64,000 nt of DNA from Tissierellales bacterium. GTDB taxonomy: Bacteria > Bacillota > Clostridia > Tissierellales > JAOAQY01. Made by a program: the position numbers and the translations under genes. Positions within the stretch are counted from its first letter, which is position 1, and the number at the start of each line of letters is the position of its first letter. Shown here in pieces: positions 17,001 to 28,076 of this stretch. The notes below the pieces were generated by a model. That model was given only the letters and a program-made list of their open reading frames with translations, was not told the DNA's origin and did no database searches. The stretch lies in NCBI GenBank assembly GCA_025210965.1, contig JAOAQY010000072.1:9837-73836 (forward strand), given 5' to 3'.

Positions 17001-19412
17001 TTATTTAACTACTATATTACATATCTTACCTGGAACATAAATTTCTTTAACTATCTGCTTTCCTTCCAGATGCTCTTTTATCTTTTCATCAGCTTTAACT
17101 GTAGCCAATACAGTATCGTGGTCAGCATCCTTGTTTATGTTAACTCTACCTCTCACTTTACCATTGATCTGAATTGCCATTTCAATGATGTTCTCTACTG
17201 TTTTCTCTTCTTCGTATGTTGGCCATTTTGCTTGATTTAGCATTCCTTCAAACCCAAGTACTTCCCATATCTCTTCTGTCATATGAGGTGCAACTGGATT
17301 AAGCAATGTTATAAGCGTCTTATACTCTGCTTTATTAATTTTGCCATGTGCATTCATATCGTTAACAAGCGCCATCATCGCTGCAATTGCTGTGTTGAAT
17401 TTAAGTTTCTCATAATCAGATGATACTTTCTTTATAGTTTGGTGCATTCTGGTTTCTAGAGCCTCTGAATAAACATCACCATCTTCAACTATTTCCTGCA
17501 ATCTCCAAACTCTATCTAAGAATTTACGACAACCTCGAACTCCATTCATAGACCATGGAACCGCCTTCTCAAAGTCACCTATAAACATTTCGTAAGATCT
17601 AAGAGTATCTGCTCCAAATTCTTCTACTATCTCATCTGGATTTACAACATTTCCTCTAGATTTAGACATTTTTTCATTATTTTCACCCAAAATCATACCA
17701 TGAGATGTTCTCTTTTGATATGGTTCTGGAATAGGTACCACACCATAGTCAAATAAGAATTTATGCCAGAATCTAGAATAAAGCAAGTGAAGAGTTGTAT
17801 GTTCCATTCCACCATTGTACCAGTCAATTGGTAACCAATATTTAAGCTTTTCTTCTGACGCAAGTGCTTCATTGTTATCTGGATCAATATATCTTAAGAA
17901 ATACCAAGATGATCCTGCCCACTGAGGCATAGTATCAGTTTCTCTTCTAGCTGCTTTACCACATTTAGGACACGTAGTTTGAATCCATTCCTCCATCTTA
18001 GCAAGTGGAGATTCTCCGTTTTCAGTAGGCTCATAGCTATCTACTTCTGGAAGCTCAAGTGGCAATTCCGATTCTGGAATTGGCTGCCATCCACAGCACT
18101 CACAATAAACTAGTGGAATTGGCTCTCCCCAGTATCTCTGTCTAGAGAATACCCAGTCTCTTAATTTATAATTTGTCTTTTTCTCACCAATTCCTTTTTC
18201 CGATAAAAATTCTGCAATTTTTACTTTCGCTTCATCTACACTCAATCCATTCAATATGTCTGAGTTAATCATAGTTCCTGTAGCAATATCAGTAAATGCT
18301 TCCTCTTCTACATTTCCGCCTTCTACAACTTCAACTATATCTAAATCAAACTTTTTAGCAAATTCCCAGTCTCTAGTATCATGTCCTGGTACTGCCATTA
18401 TAGCTCCTGTACCATAACTCATAAGTACATAATCAGAAATCCAAACCGGTATTGCTTTTCCGTTTACTGGATTTGTTGCAGTAATTCCTTCAATAGCAAC
18501 ACCAGTTTTTTCTTTAACTAACTCGGTTCTTTCAAAATCAGATTTTCTAGCTGCAAAATCCTGATATTCTTTTATTGCATCCATATTTTTTATTTGATCA
18601 ACATATTTTTCAAGTATTGGATGTTCTGGCGATATAACCATGTAAGTAGCTCCAAATAATGTATCTGGACGAGTAGTATATACAACCAATGTCTCATCTA
18701 CCTCATTTAGCTTAAATTGAACTTCCATACCAGTAGATTTTCCTATCCAATTTTTTTGCTGAATTTTTACCCTATCTATATAATCTACTAAATCTAAATC
18801 TTTTATAAGTCTTTCTGCATATTCTGTAATTTTAAGCATCCATTGGCTCTTTACCTTCTGAACTACTTCTCCACCACATCTCTCACAAACACCATTTACA
18901 ACTTCTTCGTTTGCCAATCCTACTTTACAATCCGTACACCAGTTGATAGGCATTTCATTCTTGTATGCCAATCCTTTTTCAAATAATTTCATGAATATCC
19001 ACTGTGTCCACTTATAGTAATTAGGATCTGTTGTATTCACTTCTCTATCCCAATCAAATGAAAATCCTAATGATTTCAATTGTTGCTTAAATCTAGCTAC
19101 ATTGTTTTCTGTAACTATTCTAGGATGTATTTTATTTTTGATTGCATAGTTTTCCGTAGGTAAACCAAATGCGTCCCATCCCATTGGATAAAGTACATTA
19201 TATCCTTCCATACGTCTCTTTCTAGCAACAATATCAAGTGCTGTATACGGACGTGGATGACCTACGTGAAGTCCTTTTCCCGATGGATATGGAAATTCAA
19301 TAAGTGCATAGAATTTCTCCTTATCAAAATCATCTGTTGCTCTAAATGTTTTATTCTCATCCCAACGGTCTTGCCATTTTTTTTCTATTTTTTGTGGAAA
19401 ATATGTCTCCAT
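17001..19412 (-). CDS. leuS: Leucyl-tRNA synthetase
   Basis: HIGH motif (GKGLHVGHP), KMSKS motif and a CP1 editing domain. 803 aa. Confidence 0.97.
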   Translation of the reverse strand: METYFPQKIEKKWQDRWDENKTFRATDDFDKEKFYALIEFPYPSGKGLHVGHPRPYTALDIVARKRRMEGYNVLYPMGWDAFGLPTENYAIKNKIHPRIVTENNVARFKQQLKSLGFSFDWDREVNTTDPNYYKWTQWIFMKLFEKGLAYKNEMPINWCTDCKVGLANEEVVNGVCERCGGEVVQKVKSQWMLKITEYAERLIKDLDLVDYIDRVKIQQKNWIGKSTGMEVQFKLNEVDETLVVYTTRPDTLFGATYMVISPEHPILEKYVDQIKNMDAIKEYQDFAARKSDFERTELVKEKTGVAIEGITATNPVNGKAIPVWISDYVLMSYGTGAIMAVPGHDTRDWEFAKKFDLDIVEVVEGGNVEEEAFTDIATGTMINSDILNGLSVDEAKVKIAEFLSEKGIGEKKTNYKLRDWVFSRQRYWGEPIPLVYCECCGWQPIPESELPLELPEVDSYEPTENGESPLAKMEEWIQTTCPKCGKAARRETDTMPQWAGSSWYFLRYIDPDNNEALASEEKLKYWLPIDWYNGGMEHTTLHLLYSRFWHKFLFDYGVVPIPEPYQKRTSHGMILGENNEKMSKSRGNVVNPDEIVEEFGADTLRSYEMFIGDFEKAVPWSMNGVRGCRKFLDRVWRLQEIVEDGDVYSEALETRMHQTIKKVSSDYEKLKFNTAIAAMMALVNDMNAHGKINKAEYKTLITLLNPVAPHMTEEIWEVLGFEGMLNQAKWPTYEEEKTVENIIEMAIQINGKVRGRVNINKDADHDTVLATVKADEKIKEHLEGKQIVKEIYVPGKICNIVVK

Positions 19413-19490
19413 AAAAAACCCTCCTTAGATTTAATATATCTCATTGCTTAAAACTCTATTTTAAGTTAATAAGTAAATTTTTAATTATAT

Positions 19491-19736
19491 AAAAAAGAGC
19501 CCTATCATCTTTAGAGACGATGGGCTCGCGGTACCACTCTAATTGACACTTAAAATTTAAGCATCCACTTAATGACTATAACGGAATCACCGGCACAAAC
19601 TAATAATTTCATCTGCACAGCTCATAGACGAGTTCAGAAACTAAGCATGCTACTTTTCACCAACCAATAGCTCTCTAAAATACTCCCATTTCCTACTACT
19701 TCTACTCACAGCTTTTCTCTACTGCTTAGCATTATA
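19491..19736 (-). promoter_or_regulatory. T-box leader (Leu) with terminator/antiterminator, preceded by an extended -10 promoter
   Basis: The minus strand carries the T-box AATTAGAGTGGTACCGCGAG (about 19522-19541). The terminator is GAGCCCATCGTCTCTAAAGATGATAGGGCTC plus a T-run (19491-19527). Stem I elements AGTA, AGAGAG and GGTGAAAA are present. The candidate specifier is CUC in GAA-CUC-G (19630-19632); the alternative is CUU at 19643-19645. TGATATAAT lies at about 19731-19739. Confidence 0.9.
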
Positions 19737-19766
19737 TCAAATATCATCAAAAAATAAAAGAGTCTA

Positions 19767-22376
19767 TTATACTTTTTTATTTTTATTTCTAATCAATTTA
19801 TCTATATCCAAGTCAGTTTCACTATTTACATCTTGATTTTTCAACTCTAAATCAGCTATCTCTTCTTTATTTTGTCTTTCATAAATTTTGCGTTTGTCAG
19901 TTTTTCGTATATAAACATCTACTAGCAATAATATCAAGAATATAACTAAAAAATACCGCCAAAGTTCCTTGTACTCTGTTTTCCTAAATTGTTCTTTGCT
20001 TTCAAACTCATCCGAACTTTTTAATTCTTCTCCACCAATTTGCGATAGATAAAATCTAAAATTATCTTCATTTCTAATTGTCCAGTCGTATTCTTTAGAA
20101 TATTGAGTTACAAAATTATAGTCTATAGTTTTGTTTTCCTTATCTCTAGCTATTAAACTGTAAATATATCCATCACCTTTTTTAAACTCTATTTCCCAAC
20201 CATCAACACTTTTTTTAGTCATAATTGGATATTCTTGACCACTTTGGTCAATCAATTTAAATTCGTAATCTTCTTCATCAGATTGTCTATATACTATAAT
20301 TTTATGATTTAATCCCATAGATTTTTCATCAAATTCTAACTTTTGTTGATTTTTCTTTAATACCTCATTTATAAGTTTAAGATAAAAAATTCGTCCATTC
20401 TCAGCTTTCAAATACTGCTCATTCCACATGCCGTCAAAATCAGAAGTCCATGCATAAACATTTCCAATACCATAATTCCAATATGCTAGCACAGGCTCTT
20501 CTTCATCACTCTCCATTATCAAACTAGCTCTAGGTTTTATAGTAGTGGATACATAACCATTTAGTAAAAGTGGTTCTTCTATTAATCCGCTTACAATTTC
20601 ATTTGCAGAAACTATATTAGGATAAAAAACTCTATTATTTAAATATCTATCTGCCATCATCGCTGTTTCTTTTGTAAATATCTCTGGCAAATTCAAATAA
20701 TTATCTACCTTGTAAAAACGTCCACCTGCATTTCTTGCTAAAAAATTAAGCAACCTATTGTCAGCTCCTTGACCAATTCCAAGTGTAGTCAATGTAATTT
20801 TTTCATCCTTTAAATTCTTCAGTACTTCTCTGTATCCATCCTGTTCTGCTTGTCCATCAGTAACCAATATTATGTGCTTATGCTGAACATTTGAATCTTT
20901 CAAACTTTCATATGCCGATTTTAAAGCTGGAATTATACTAGTTCCACCCTCTGCATCTATAGTCCTTATTTTACGCTTTATCTCTTTTGCATCTTGAATA
21001 TCTCCTACAGGTACTACCCACTTTCTACTATCCGAAAATGAAAGTATTCCAATTTGATCGCCTGGCATCATACTATTTATAGCTTTTGCAGAAGCTTCTT
21101 TTGCTACCTCAATTTTTGATTTACCAAGAGAATCTCCCATCATAGAACCTGATTGATCAATAACTATAACCAATCCCATTTTTTCTAATATATTCTTTTG
21201 CTTTTTCTCCATACTTACTGGTAGTAGTTCCTCTAATTTTGTCTTATAATATCCACCAAGCGCATAGCTATTTTTGCCACCTGATACTAACAATCCTCCA
21301 CCATAGTCTCTTAAATAAGTTTCTAAATTATCTAAGAATTTTTTATTCAAATTCTCAAGAGAAACATCTTCGAATATCACCGCATTGTAATTTAGCAGTG
21401 AATTTAATTCTAGCGACAACTTTTCTGGTGTTTTTATATCAACACCAATTTCATTTTCATTCAATAGTTTTTCAAATTGTTTTAGGTCATTTTCATTATC
21501 TTTAATCAATAAAACTTGAGCTTTCCCATCTATTTGAATAATTTTTCTGTACTTATTGTTTATTACTTGCTCATCATCATCTACTTCTATTACTGCCTCT
21601 ATCACATTTTGACCAATTTTATTTGAATCAAATTCTCGAGTTAAAACACTATTTCCTTCTGGTATTTTTACCAATTGCTCTTCAATTAGCTCATCATTAA
21701 CATATATTTTCAAGAATCCTTCCGTATCGTAATTGCTCTCTACTAAAACTGACAACTTATAATCTTGATTCTCAAAAATTCTATTTGGCCCTACTATATC
21801 AGAAATTTGAACATCTTTTTTTATTGCTATTTCGTATGGCAACCAATAGACATTAGCTTTTTTTATTTTTAATTTCTGAATAGTTCTAAGGACATCTCCT
21901 TCATTTTCTACTCCATCACTCAATATCACTATATTAGCACCTAACTCATCTTCAAGTTCGCTACTAATCATATTAATTACGTTCTCATAATTCGTCGACG
22001 ATTCATTTACATTTATTTGACTCAAATCTATGCCTTCAAAGTCTCCTGTTTTATTCATCGCTACAATTGAATCTGAACCAAATGACACAATCTTATACGG
22101 CTGATCTTGTGGTAATTTTTCAATCATATTTTCTAAAGCTTCTTCAATACTAACTCTATTATATTTTTGGCTATATGATTGATCTACAGCAAAATACACC
22201 GGTACTTTTTCAGACTTTGACATCCATTTTATATTAAGCCCAGCTAATAGTACTAACACTATCAATACTGCTCTCGAAATCGAATGTAACATGGGTATAT
22301 TTTTCTTGCTAGCATCTACTATAATCATAAAAATAACTATCAATGCTCCTAATATCATTAAAGCATTAGCGATCAT
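19767..22376 (-). CDS. Large membrane protein with two von Willebrand A domains and a GATase1-like middle domain (BatB/DUF1355-like)
   Basis: N-terminal TM pair and a C-terminal TM. MIDAS motifs VDQSYS and IDQSGSMMG. The segment YLRDYGGGLLVSGG is GATase1-like. The start overlaps the upstream stop by 11 nt. Confidence 0.7.
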   Translation of the reverse strand: MIANALMILGALIVIFMIIVDASKKNIPMLHSISRAVLIVLVLLAGLNIKWMSKSEKVPVYFAVDQSYSQKYNRVSIEEALENMIEKLPQDQPYKIVSFGSDSIVAMNKTGDFEGIDLSQINVNESSTNYENVINMISSELEDELGANIVILSDGVENEGDVLRTIQKLKIKKANVYWLPYEIAIKKDVQISDIVGPNRIFENQDYKLSVLVESNYDTEGFLKIYVNDELIEEQLVKIPEGNSVLTREFDSNKIGQNVIEAVIEVDDDEQVINNKYRKIIQIDGKAQVLLIKDNENDLKQFEKLLNENEIGVDIKTPEKLSLELNSLLNYNAVIFEDVSLENLNKKFLDNLETYLRDYGGGLLVSGGKNSYALGGYYKTKLEELLPVSMEKKQKNILEKMGLVIVIDQSGSMMGDSLGKSKIEVAKEASAKAINSMMPGDQIGILSFSDSRKWVVPVGDIQDAKEIKRKIRTIDAEGGTSIIPALKSAYESLKDSNVQHKHIILVTDGQAEQDGYREVLKNLKDEKITLTTLGIGQGADNRLLNFLARNAGGRFYKVDNYLNLPEIFTKETAMMADRYLNNRVFYPNIVSANEIVSGLIEEPLLLNGYVSTTIKPRASLIMESDEEEPVLAYWNYGIGNVYAWTSDFDGMWNEQYLKAENGRIFYLKLINEVLKKNQQKLEFDEKSMGLNHKIIVYRQSDEEDYEFKLIDQSGQEYPIMTKKSVDGWEIEFKKGDGYIYSLIARDKENKTIDYNFVTQYSKEYDWTIRNEDNFRFYLSQIGGEELKSSDEFESKEQFRKTEYKELWRYFLVIFLILLLVDVYIRKTDKRKIYERQNKEEIADLELKNQDVNSETDLDIDKLIRNKNKKV

Positions 22377-24030
22377 ATCTATATACCCCCCACTCTAAAA
22401 TTAATATGAAAAATAATAGTATCAATAACACATACCTATAATTCTCAAAATACTCTCCATTTGTAGCATTAGTTTCACCTACTACAGCCTCACTTTTGTA
22501 ATTTAAACCCTTTTTTTCTTCTTGTGAATCCAAATTTACCGCTATAGTTCTAGTTATATCCATACTATTTTCATCGTATATCCCTGGATTTTTTAGAACT
22601 ATACTATTATCATAGTATTCATCTACTACAAATTGCTTTTTGCCTATCTCCTTATCTCCTAATAGCCATGAAATACTATTTTTCATTAATATAGGAAATT
22701 CTTTCTTTATCATCAAATCACTATCGTATAAATCAAAACCAAACCTCAGAACATTTAGACTTTCTGTTTTTTTACCATATGCAATTAAATTTTGTCCAGA
22801 ATACATAAGTGGCAGAACATCATTTGTATTTTTAAAACCTTTTGCACTCATTAAGCTAAAACTAGGCTCAATATATTCAAATACGCTATTATCCGTTAAT
22901 CTATAACCCTTACTAATATCAATATTATCTTCACCATTATTTTCAAATATTAGGACAGCACCTTTTTCAAGCATCTTCTCTGGAATTTCACCAGAAAAAA
23001 CATATAAGTCATAGCCTCCTATTAAATTATTCTCTTCACTTCTTGTAACTTTTAATTTTTTCTGTACTGATAATGCCTTATCTAGAAAATCATTTTCATC
23101 TCCTAGAAGCAGTACCTTTATTTCTTCCATATTTGACTCCGTGAAATAATAAATATTGTCATCATCATACAAATCTTTTTCTCTTATTTTAGCTACGCCA
23201 AATTCAAATGGAATATCAATATCAAAAGTTTTAAATAATCGCTCTTCTGCATTTAACTCTATATCTATACTATATTGACTTTTCCCATCAACTACTATAT
23301 CAATCGTTTTCTTTGCTGAATTATTACTATAATTTTTAACTTCTATTACTATATTATTTTTTTCAATCTTCATATTTTCTATTCCGACATTATCAAAAAT
23401 TTCTTGTCCTTTTGTTACTAAACGTATCTTATCAGATAATCCATTGTATTTTTGGTCGCTGTAAAACCAAATTTCGTCAATGTCTTTACTCAAAGCTAAT
23501 TGATTTAATTCTTCTACTGTTTTTAATTCACTTCTGCTTGAATTACTTCCCTTTATATCTACAAGTTTTCCTCTAAAACTAACACTTCCTAATTTACCTT
23601 TTTCAATTTCTTTTATTTCACTATCAATAGCATATAGCATAATTTCTTCGCCATTTTTAAGCTCACTTAATTGATTTAAAATCTCTTTTTTTGTTACATC
23701 TAGCCGCGTTTCTTCGCCATCAGCTATATTCATGCTATATGAAGTATCCATTACTATAGCCTTAACTATATTTTCACCATTAGTTCTTAAAAATATTGGT
23801 TCTATAAGAATAAATGATACTAGTAGAATCATAAATATTTGCAATAAAAGAGGCAAACTACGCCTTAGTTTATTTAATTTTTTACTCGCTTTTTGCTCAT
23901 TTAGCACTTCTTCCCACAAAAAATTACTTGGAAATATATTTAGCTTGTCTTGTCTAATCAATTTATGAATTATCAATAATGGTATCAAACTAAGTAGTGC
24001 AAATGCAAAACTTGGATATAAAAATTCCAT
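22366..24030 (-). CDS. BatA-like protein (aerotolerance-regulator N-terminal domain + vWA-like domain + C-terminal TM)
   Basis: The N-terminus MEFLYPSFAFALLSLIPLLIIHKLIRQ is typical of BatA_N. MIDAS-like MDTSYSM. C-terminal TM LLILLFFILILEWGVY. Confidence 0.65.
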   Translation of the reverse strand: MEFLYPSFAFALLSLIPLLIIHKLIRQDKLNIFPSNFLWEEVLNEQKASKKLNKLRRSLPLLLQIFMILLVSFILIEPIFLRTNGENIVKAIVMDTSYSMNIADGEETRLDVTKKEILNQLSELKNGEEIMLYAIDSEIKEIEKGKLGSVSFRGKLVDIKGSNSSRSELKTVEELNQLALSKDIDEIWFYSDQKYNGLSDKIRLVTKGQEIFDNVGIENMKIEKNNIVIEVKNYSNNSAKKTIDIVVDGKSQYSIDIELNAEERLFKTFDIDIPFEFGVAKIREKDLYDDDNIYYFTESNMEEIKVLLLGDENDFLDKALSVQKKLKVTRSEENNLIGGYDLYVFSGEIPEKMLEKGAVLIFENNGEDNIDISKGYRLTDNSVFEYIEPSFSLMSAKGFKNTNDVLPLMYSGQNLIAYGKKTESLNVLRFGFDLYDSDLMIKKEFPILMKNSISWLLGDKEIGKKQFVVDEYYDNSIVLKNPGIYDENSMDITRTIAVNLDSQEEKKGLNYKSEAVVGETNATNGEYFENYRYVLLILLFFILILEWGVYRYDR

Positions 24031-24034
24031 ATAG

Positions 24035-24880
24035 TCACCTCAATATTCCTTCTTTTATAAACTCTTGAAAAAATACATATTCGATATCTTTCTCTAAATT
24101 TGGCTGTACTACTTTATAGCCATACTTCTTTATTTCATTCTTCAATGCATTTTCATGTTCCCTAAGCTTCTCTAAATACAAATCCCTTGTATTTCTATTC
24201 ATTTCAACCCTTATTTCCTCATCAGTTTCTGAATCTCTTAACTTTATATTCCCAGTCAATGGTATCTCTTTTTCATTTTGACCTAATGTATACACTAAAA
24301 TCAATTTACATTTTTTATACTTAAAATATTTTATGATTTCAGACATTTTATCTGTATAGCAATCTGATATTATTATAATCAGCTCTTGTCTCTTTACACT
24401 AGATTTAAGCAACTTAGGTAAGAATTCTTCCTTGTTTAAGTCACTCTCTTCAAGCTCAAATTTAGTTATTTGAGCTTTACTTCTCATTATTTCACTTTGC
24501 AAAGTTTTATTTAGGTGGTTTTTGTGCCAATGTACTTCATATCCTTGATTAAATGCTATATACGCTAGACCCTTTGCTATTTCAACTGATTTTTCAAGTT
24601 TATTTTTATCGCCCGCGCACATAGATGCAGAATTGTCTAGAAATATGTTTGCTTTAAGTTTTTTTTCAGCTTCATAATGCTTTATATAAAGTTTTCTAGT
24701 TCTTGCAAATATATTCCAATCAATTCTTCTAGTATCATCTCTAGGTTCATAGCTACTATACTCTGAAAACTCAAGTGATTGACCTTTACTCCTGGTATGC
24801 ATGTTTCCTTCATGCGCTGATGTAATATCCTTTATCGAGTTGTTTATTTTTAATTTATCTAAAGTCCTATAATCTAGCAT
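24035..24880 (-). CDS. DUF58-family protein (MoxR-associated vWA-like)
   Basis: KGQSLEFSEYSSYEPRDDTRRIDWNIFARTRKLYIKHYEAE...FLDNSASM matches the DUF58 signature. It overlaps the moxR stop by 14 nt. Confidence 0.8.
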   Translation of the reverse strand: MLDYRTLDKLKINNSIKDITSAHEGNMHTRSKGQSLEFSEYSSYEPRDDTRRIDWNIFARTRKLYIKHYEAEKKLKANIFLDNSASMCAGDKNKLEKSVEIAKGLAYIAFNQGYEVHWHKNHLNKTLQSEIMRSKAQITKFELEESDLNKEEFLPKLLKSSVKRQELIIIISDCYTDKMSEIIKYFKYKKCKLILVYTLGQNEKEIPLTGNIKLRDSETDEEIRVEMNRNTRDLYLEKLREHENALKNEIKKYGYKVVQPNLEKDIEYVFFQEFIKEGILR

Positions 24881-25877
24881 TTTCTTTCGCTTCTTTCAAT
24901 ATTTCATCAACTAATTGATCCGCATTTACATTTTCATGAATAGCTTCATAATTTAATATTATTCTATGTCTTAGTACATCTGGAGCTGTCTTTACAATAT
25001 CATCAAATGATACATTGTATCTTCCATCCAATAGAGCTCTCACTTTAGCTACTTTTATCAATGCCTGCGCTCCACGAGGACTTGATCCAAAAGAAACAAA
25101 TTCTGAAACTCTAGCCAAATTTTGGCTTGGATGCGTTCCCAATACTACAGCCATAGCAAAATTCATAACTTCATCCGCTATTAATATTTTTTCCGAAAGT
25201 TCTATGGCCTCAGTTAAAAATCGTTCTCCATCAAATGTTTCTAAATTAACCCTATCATTTGTAGTTGTTCTAAGAACTATATCTTTTAGTTCATCATGCG
25301 TCGGATAATCTACAAAAAGTTTAAATAGAAATCTATCTAATTGTGCCTCTGGCAATGTATATGTGCCTTCCATATCTATAGGATTTTGCGTAGCTAATAC
25401 AAAAAATGGTTGGTTTAATATATACGTCTGTTTTCCAACAGTTACCGTTTTTTCTTGCATTGCCTCTAATAGAGCACTTTGCGTTTTAGGTGTTGCTCTA
25501 TTTATCTCATCTGCTAATATTAAATTTCCGAATATAGGCCCTTTGTGAAATTCAAAATTCATTGCTCCACTTTTTTCAGTCCGTATAAGATTCGTTCCGA
25601 TAATATCTGATGGCATCAAGTCAGGAGTAAATTGTATTCTAGAAAAATCTAAATTCATAATCTGACTTATCGTCTTTACCAAATAAGTTTTTCCAAGACC
25701 CGGATTACCTTCTAATAATACATTTCCTCCACAAATCATAGCTATTATGACATTTTCTATAAGATCATCTTGGCCAACTATAGCTTTTTTTATTTCATCT
25801 TTAAGCCAGCTTGCTTCTTCTCTAATTTGTTTAATTCTATCTTCACTCATATTTTTTATACACTCCTTATTATTCAT
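24867..25877 (-). CDS. MoxR-family AAA+ ATPase
   Basis: Walker A GNPGLGKT, Walker B ILADEINRA, PEAQLDRF, and the C-terminal SPRG..AL lid typical of AAA_3. Confidence 0.9.
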   Translation of the reverse strand: MNNKECIKNMSEDRIKQIREEASWLKDEIKKAIVGQDDLIENVIIAMICGGNVLLEGNPGLGKTYLVKTISQIMNLDFSRIQFTPDLMPSDIIGTNLIRTEKSGAMNFEFHKGPIFGNLILADEINRATPKTQSALLEAMQEKTVTVGKQTYILNQPFFVLATQNPIDMEGTYTLPEAQLDRFLFKLFVDYPTHDELKDIVLRTTTNDRVNLETFDGERFLTEAIELSEKILIADEVMNFAMAVVLGTHPSQNLARVSEFVSFGSSPRGAQALIKVAKVRALLDGRYNVSFDDIVKTAPDVLRHRIILNYEAIHENVNADQLVDEILKEAKENARL

Positions 25878-27234
25878 CTTCTGAAAAATAATCTTGAACT
25901 AAGTCTCTAACTTCCAAAGGTATTTCATCGTCCGATGATGCATTCCATTTGACTTTGTCTCCATACTCTTCAAGTATTTCTTTTGACTTAATTTCTCCTG
26001 CTTGACCGCTCATACCATACCACTCTACTATCCAAGGCTTTTCATCCTCTAAATTTTGTCTTTCTGATTTTGCATTTTTAATTTCACTTTCAGAATTCCC
26101 TAGCTCAGATTCCGTTCCTTCTATAAATTCTTTTTCTCCTGTATCAAATATTGATGCTCCATCGCCTTTGCCTGAACTACTTCCATTTGAAGATCCATTT
26201 CCATTTTGAGCAGAACTTCCGCCATTTGATGATCCTCACGTTCCGCCTTGATTTTGTCCATTTTGTGAATCAGTTTGACTACAGCTAGATGAACTTAATT
26301 CTTTTTGTAAATTTTTCATTATATTCTCTAAAGCCTTTGGATCAATATTTTTTAGAAGCTCTTTTAAACTATCTTGCATTTTTGATAAATTCTGTAAGTC
26401 CTTTAGTAATTCATCATTAAGTTGATATTTTTCTAATACTGATTGTAAATTCTCTAAATTATCTAGCTTAAGTAACTCTTCTAGCAATTTACTCTGCTCA
26501 TTCATCCCTTCTGTTTTCTTTTTCAAAGCATCTTGCGTTTTTCTTATCATATCTTCTAAGCTTTTCTTTTGCTTCTCAATATCTTTTTTATAATCTTTTT
26601 TAACATTAGACTTTTTGAGTTCTTTTTTGGTTTTATCCAATGCATTCATAATATCTTTTTTTAATTGATTTTCCAGTTTCATATCTTGAATCAACTTTTT
26701 ATTATCATTTATCTCTTTTAATACTTCTTTTTTTATTTCACTTGCTGCTTCGATTTTATTTATCTGTGCATTGTGAAATGGCGGCACAAATAAAACTATC
26801 AAAAGCACAACTGCTGCAATACTTATTTTTAAAGCCTGCTCTTTGTACCAAAAAATGATAGGTAACTCTTTTTTTATGTCTATACTCGCTACATAACTAA
26901 TAGCATCTTCTCTCTGCATAATTGAAAGCTCATCTTCCATATCCTCATGCTCTAATGCAGTAATTAGTCTTTGCTTATCATCCAATTTTAGAAGTGAATA
27001 CTTCCATGTTTTCTTAGTCTTTAAAATCGAAAATACAATCATAATTATAACTAGAAAAAAATATAGTACAGTTAATTTATTTACTACAAAAATAATGGGT
27101 ACTATTTTTGAACCCATTATCATTGTAATAGTGATTATCACTCCTATAAACAAGATGTTATATATATTTGAATTTATTTCGTTAACTAAATTGATAAACT
27201 TAATTCTTGAAATAATATCCTTTATTTGCTTCAT
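25870..27234 (-). pseudogene. Coiled-coil membrane protein interrupted by an in-frame TGA (332 codons + TGA at 26236-26238 + 121 further open codons)
   Basis: My hand translation shows the frame stays open for 121 codons after the TGA (GSSNGGSSAQNGNG...IPLEVRDLVQDYFSEDE). That stretch has no usable start codon. It ends in a TAA (25870-25872) that overlaps the moxR ATG (25875-25877). The N-terminal part has 2-3 TM segments and a long K/E/L-rich coiled coil. Confidence 0.6.
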
Positions 27235-28076
27235 TTTATTCTACCTCTATTTTTAAATGGATTTATATTTTTAGTCGCAGCCCATATAAAAAATCCTGAA
27301 AGAATTAGCTCAGCGAATAGATTCATTACAAGCGTAAAATTAGCAGACCAATCTAAGTCAGTTATTGCATTTATAAAATTAAATGACGATCCCATTTGTT
27401 CTGACAAAATAGCTGATAAACCCGTTCCTGGATTAAATATCAAGAATACAGCATGCAAATTTTTAAATTCGTTAAAATCAAACAACTCGTATCCAATTGC
27501 AATTAAAATAAGCATTCCGAAACTTAAAATAAATATGATCACATAACTGACAACTATTGATGGAACAGTACTTTTAAACTGTGTAGAGCAAAAAAGACCT
27601 ATACTTCCAAGCAAAACCGATGTAACCATAAAAAATATAGTCAGTTTAAACAAATTTGTCACACTAATGCCACCAAACATGAAAAGGCAGCTTAATATTG
27701 GTAATGCTAAAATCAAAAGCATGAATGTTTGTAATAAAGAAGCCATCAATTTTCCAAGTATAATTGTTCTATTAGATGCTCTATTACAAATCAACAAATC
27801 AAATGTTCTCCTTTGCTTTTCACCGCTTATAGCACTTGCAGTTGTTGCTGGAACTAAAAGTCCTATCAAAAATATCTGAATTATAGCACAAGTTATATAA
27901 AGTCCTTGTAATACCTCTGGTGAAAAACCACCTCTATATCCAAAATCAAATTCGGCAGTTTTAAACACTACCACCGCTGCAAAAACCAGTACTAGAGCAT
28001 ATAATGTAATCATTCCTGCATTTTTCCAATTTCTTGCGCGTACTTTAATCTCTTTTTTTAAAACTGGATTAATCAT
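27231..28076 (-). CDS. ABC-2-type transporter permease
   Basis: 281 aa with six hydrophobic segments. The N-terminus MINPVLKKEIK...W is typical of ABC-2/GldF/NosY-like permeases. ATGA overlaps with the downstream gene, and there is an 8-nt overlap with the ATPase gene. Confidence 0.7.
   Translation of the reverse strand: MINPVLKKEIKVRARNWKNAGMITLYALVLVFAAVVVFKTAEFDFGYRGGFSPEVLQGLYITCAIIQIFLIGLLVPATTASAISGEKQRRTFDLLICNRASNRTIILGKLMASLLQTFMLLILALPILSCLFMFGGISVTNLFKLTIFFMVTSVLLGSIGLFCSTQFKSTVPSIVVSYVIIFILSFGMLILIAIGYELFDFNEFKNLHAVFLIFNPGTGLSAILSEQMGSSFNFINAITDLDWSANFTLVMNLFAELILSGFFIWAATKNINPFKNRGRIK

Noticed and set aside
26236-26238. In-frame TGA read as selenocysteine or as a reassigned sense codon
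   Set aside because: TGA clearly terminates other genes here (for example 16910-16912 and 50687-50689). I see no SECIS-like hairpin immediately downstream. A Sec residue in a Gly/Ser/Asn low-complexity linker is implausible.
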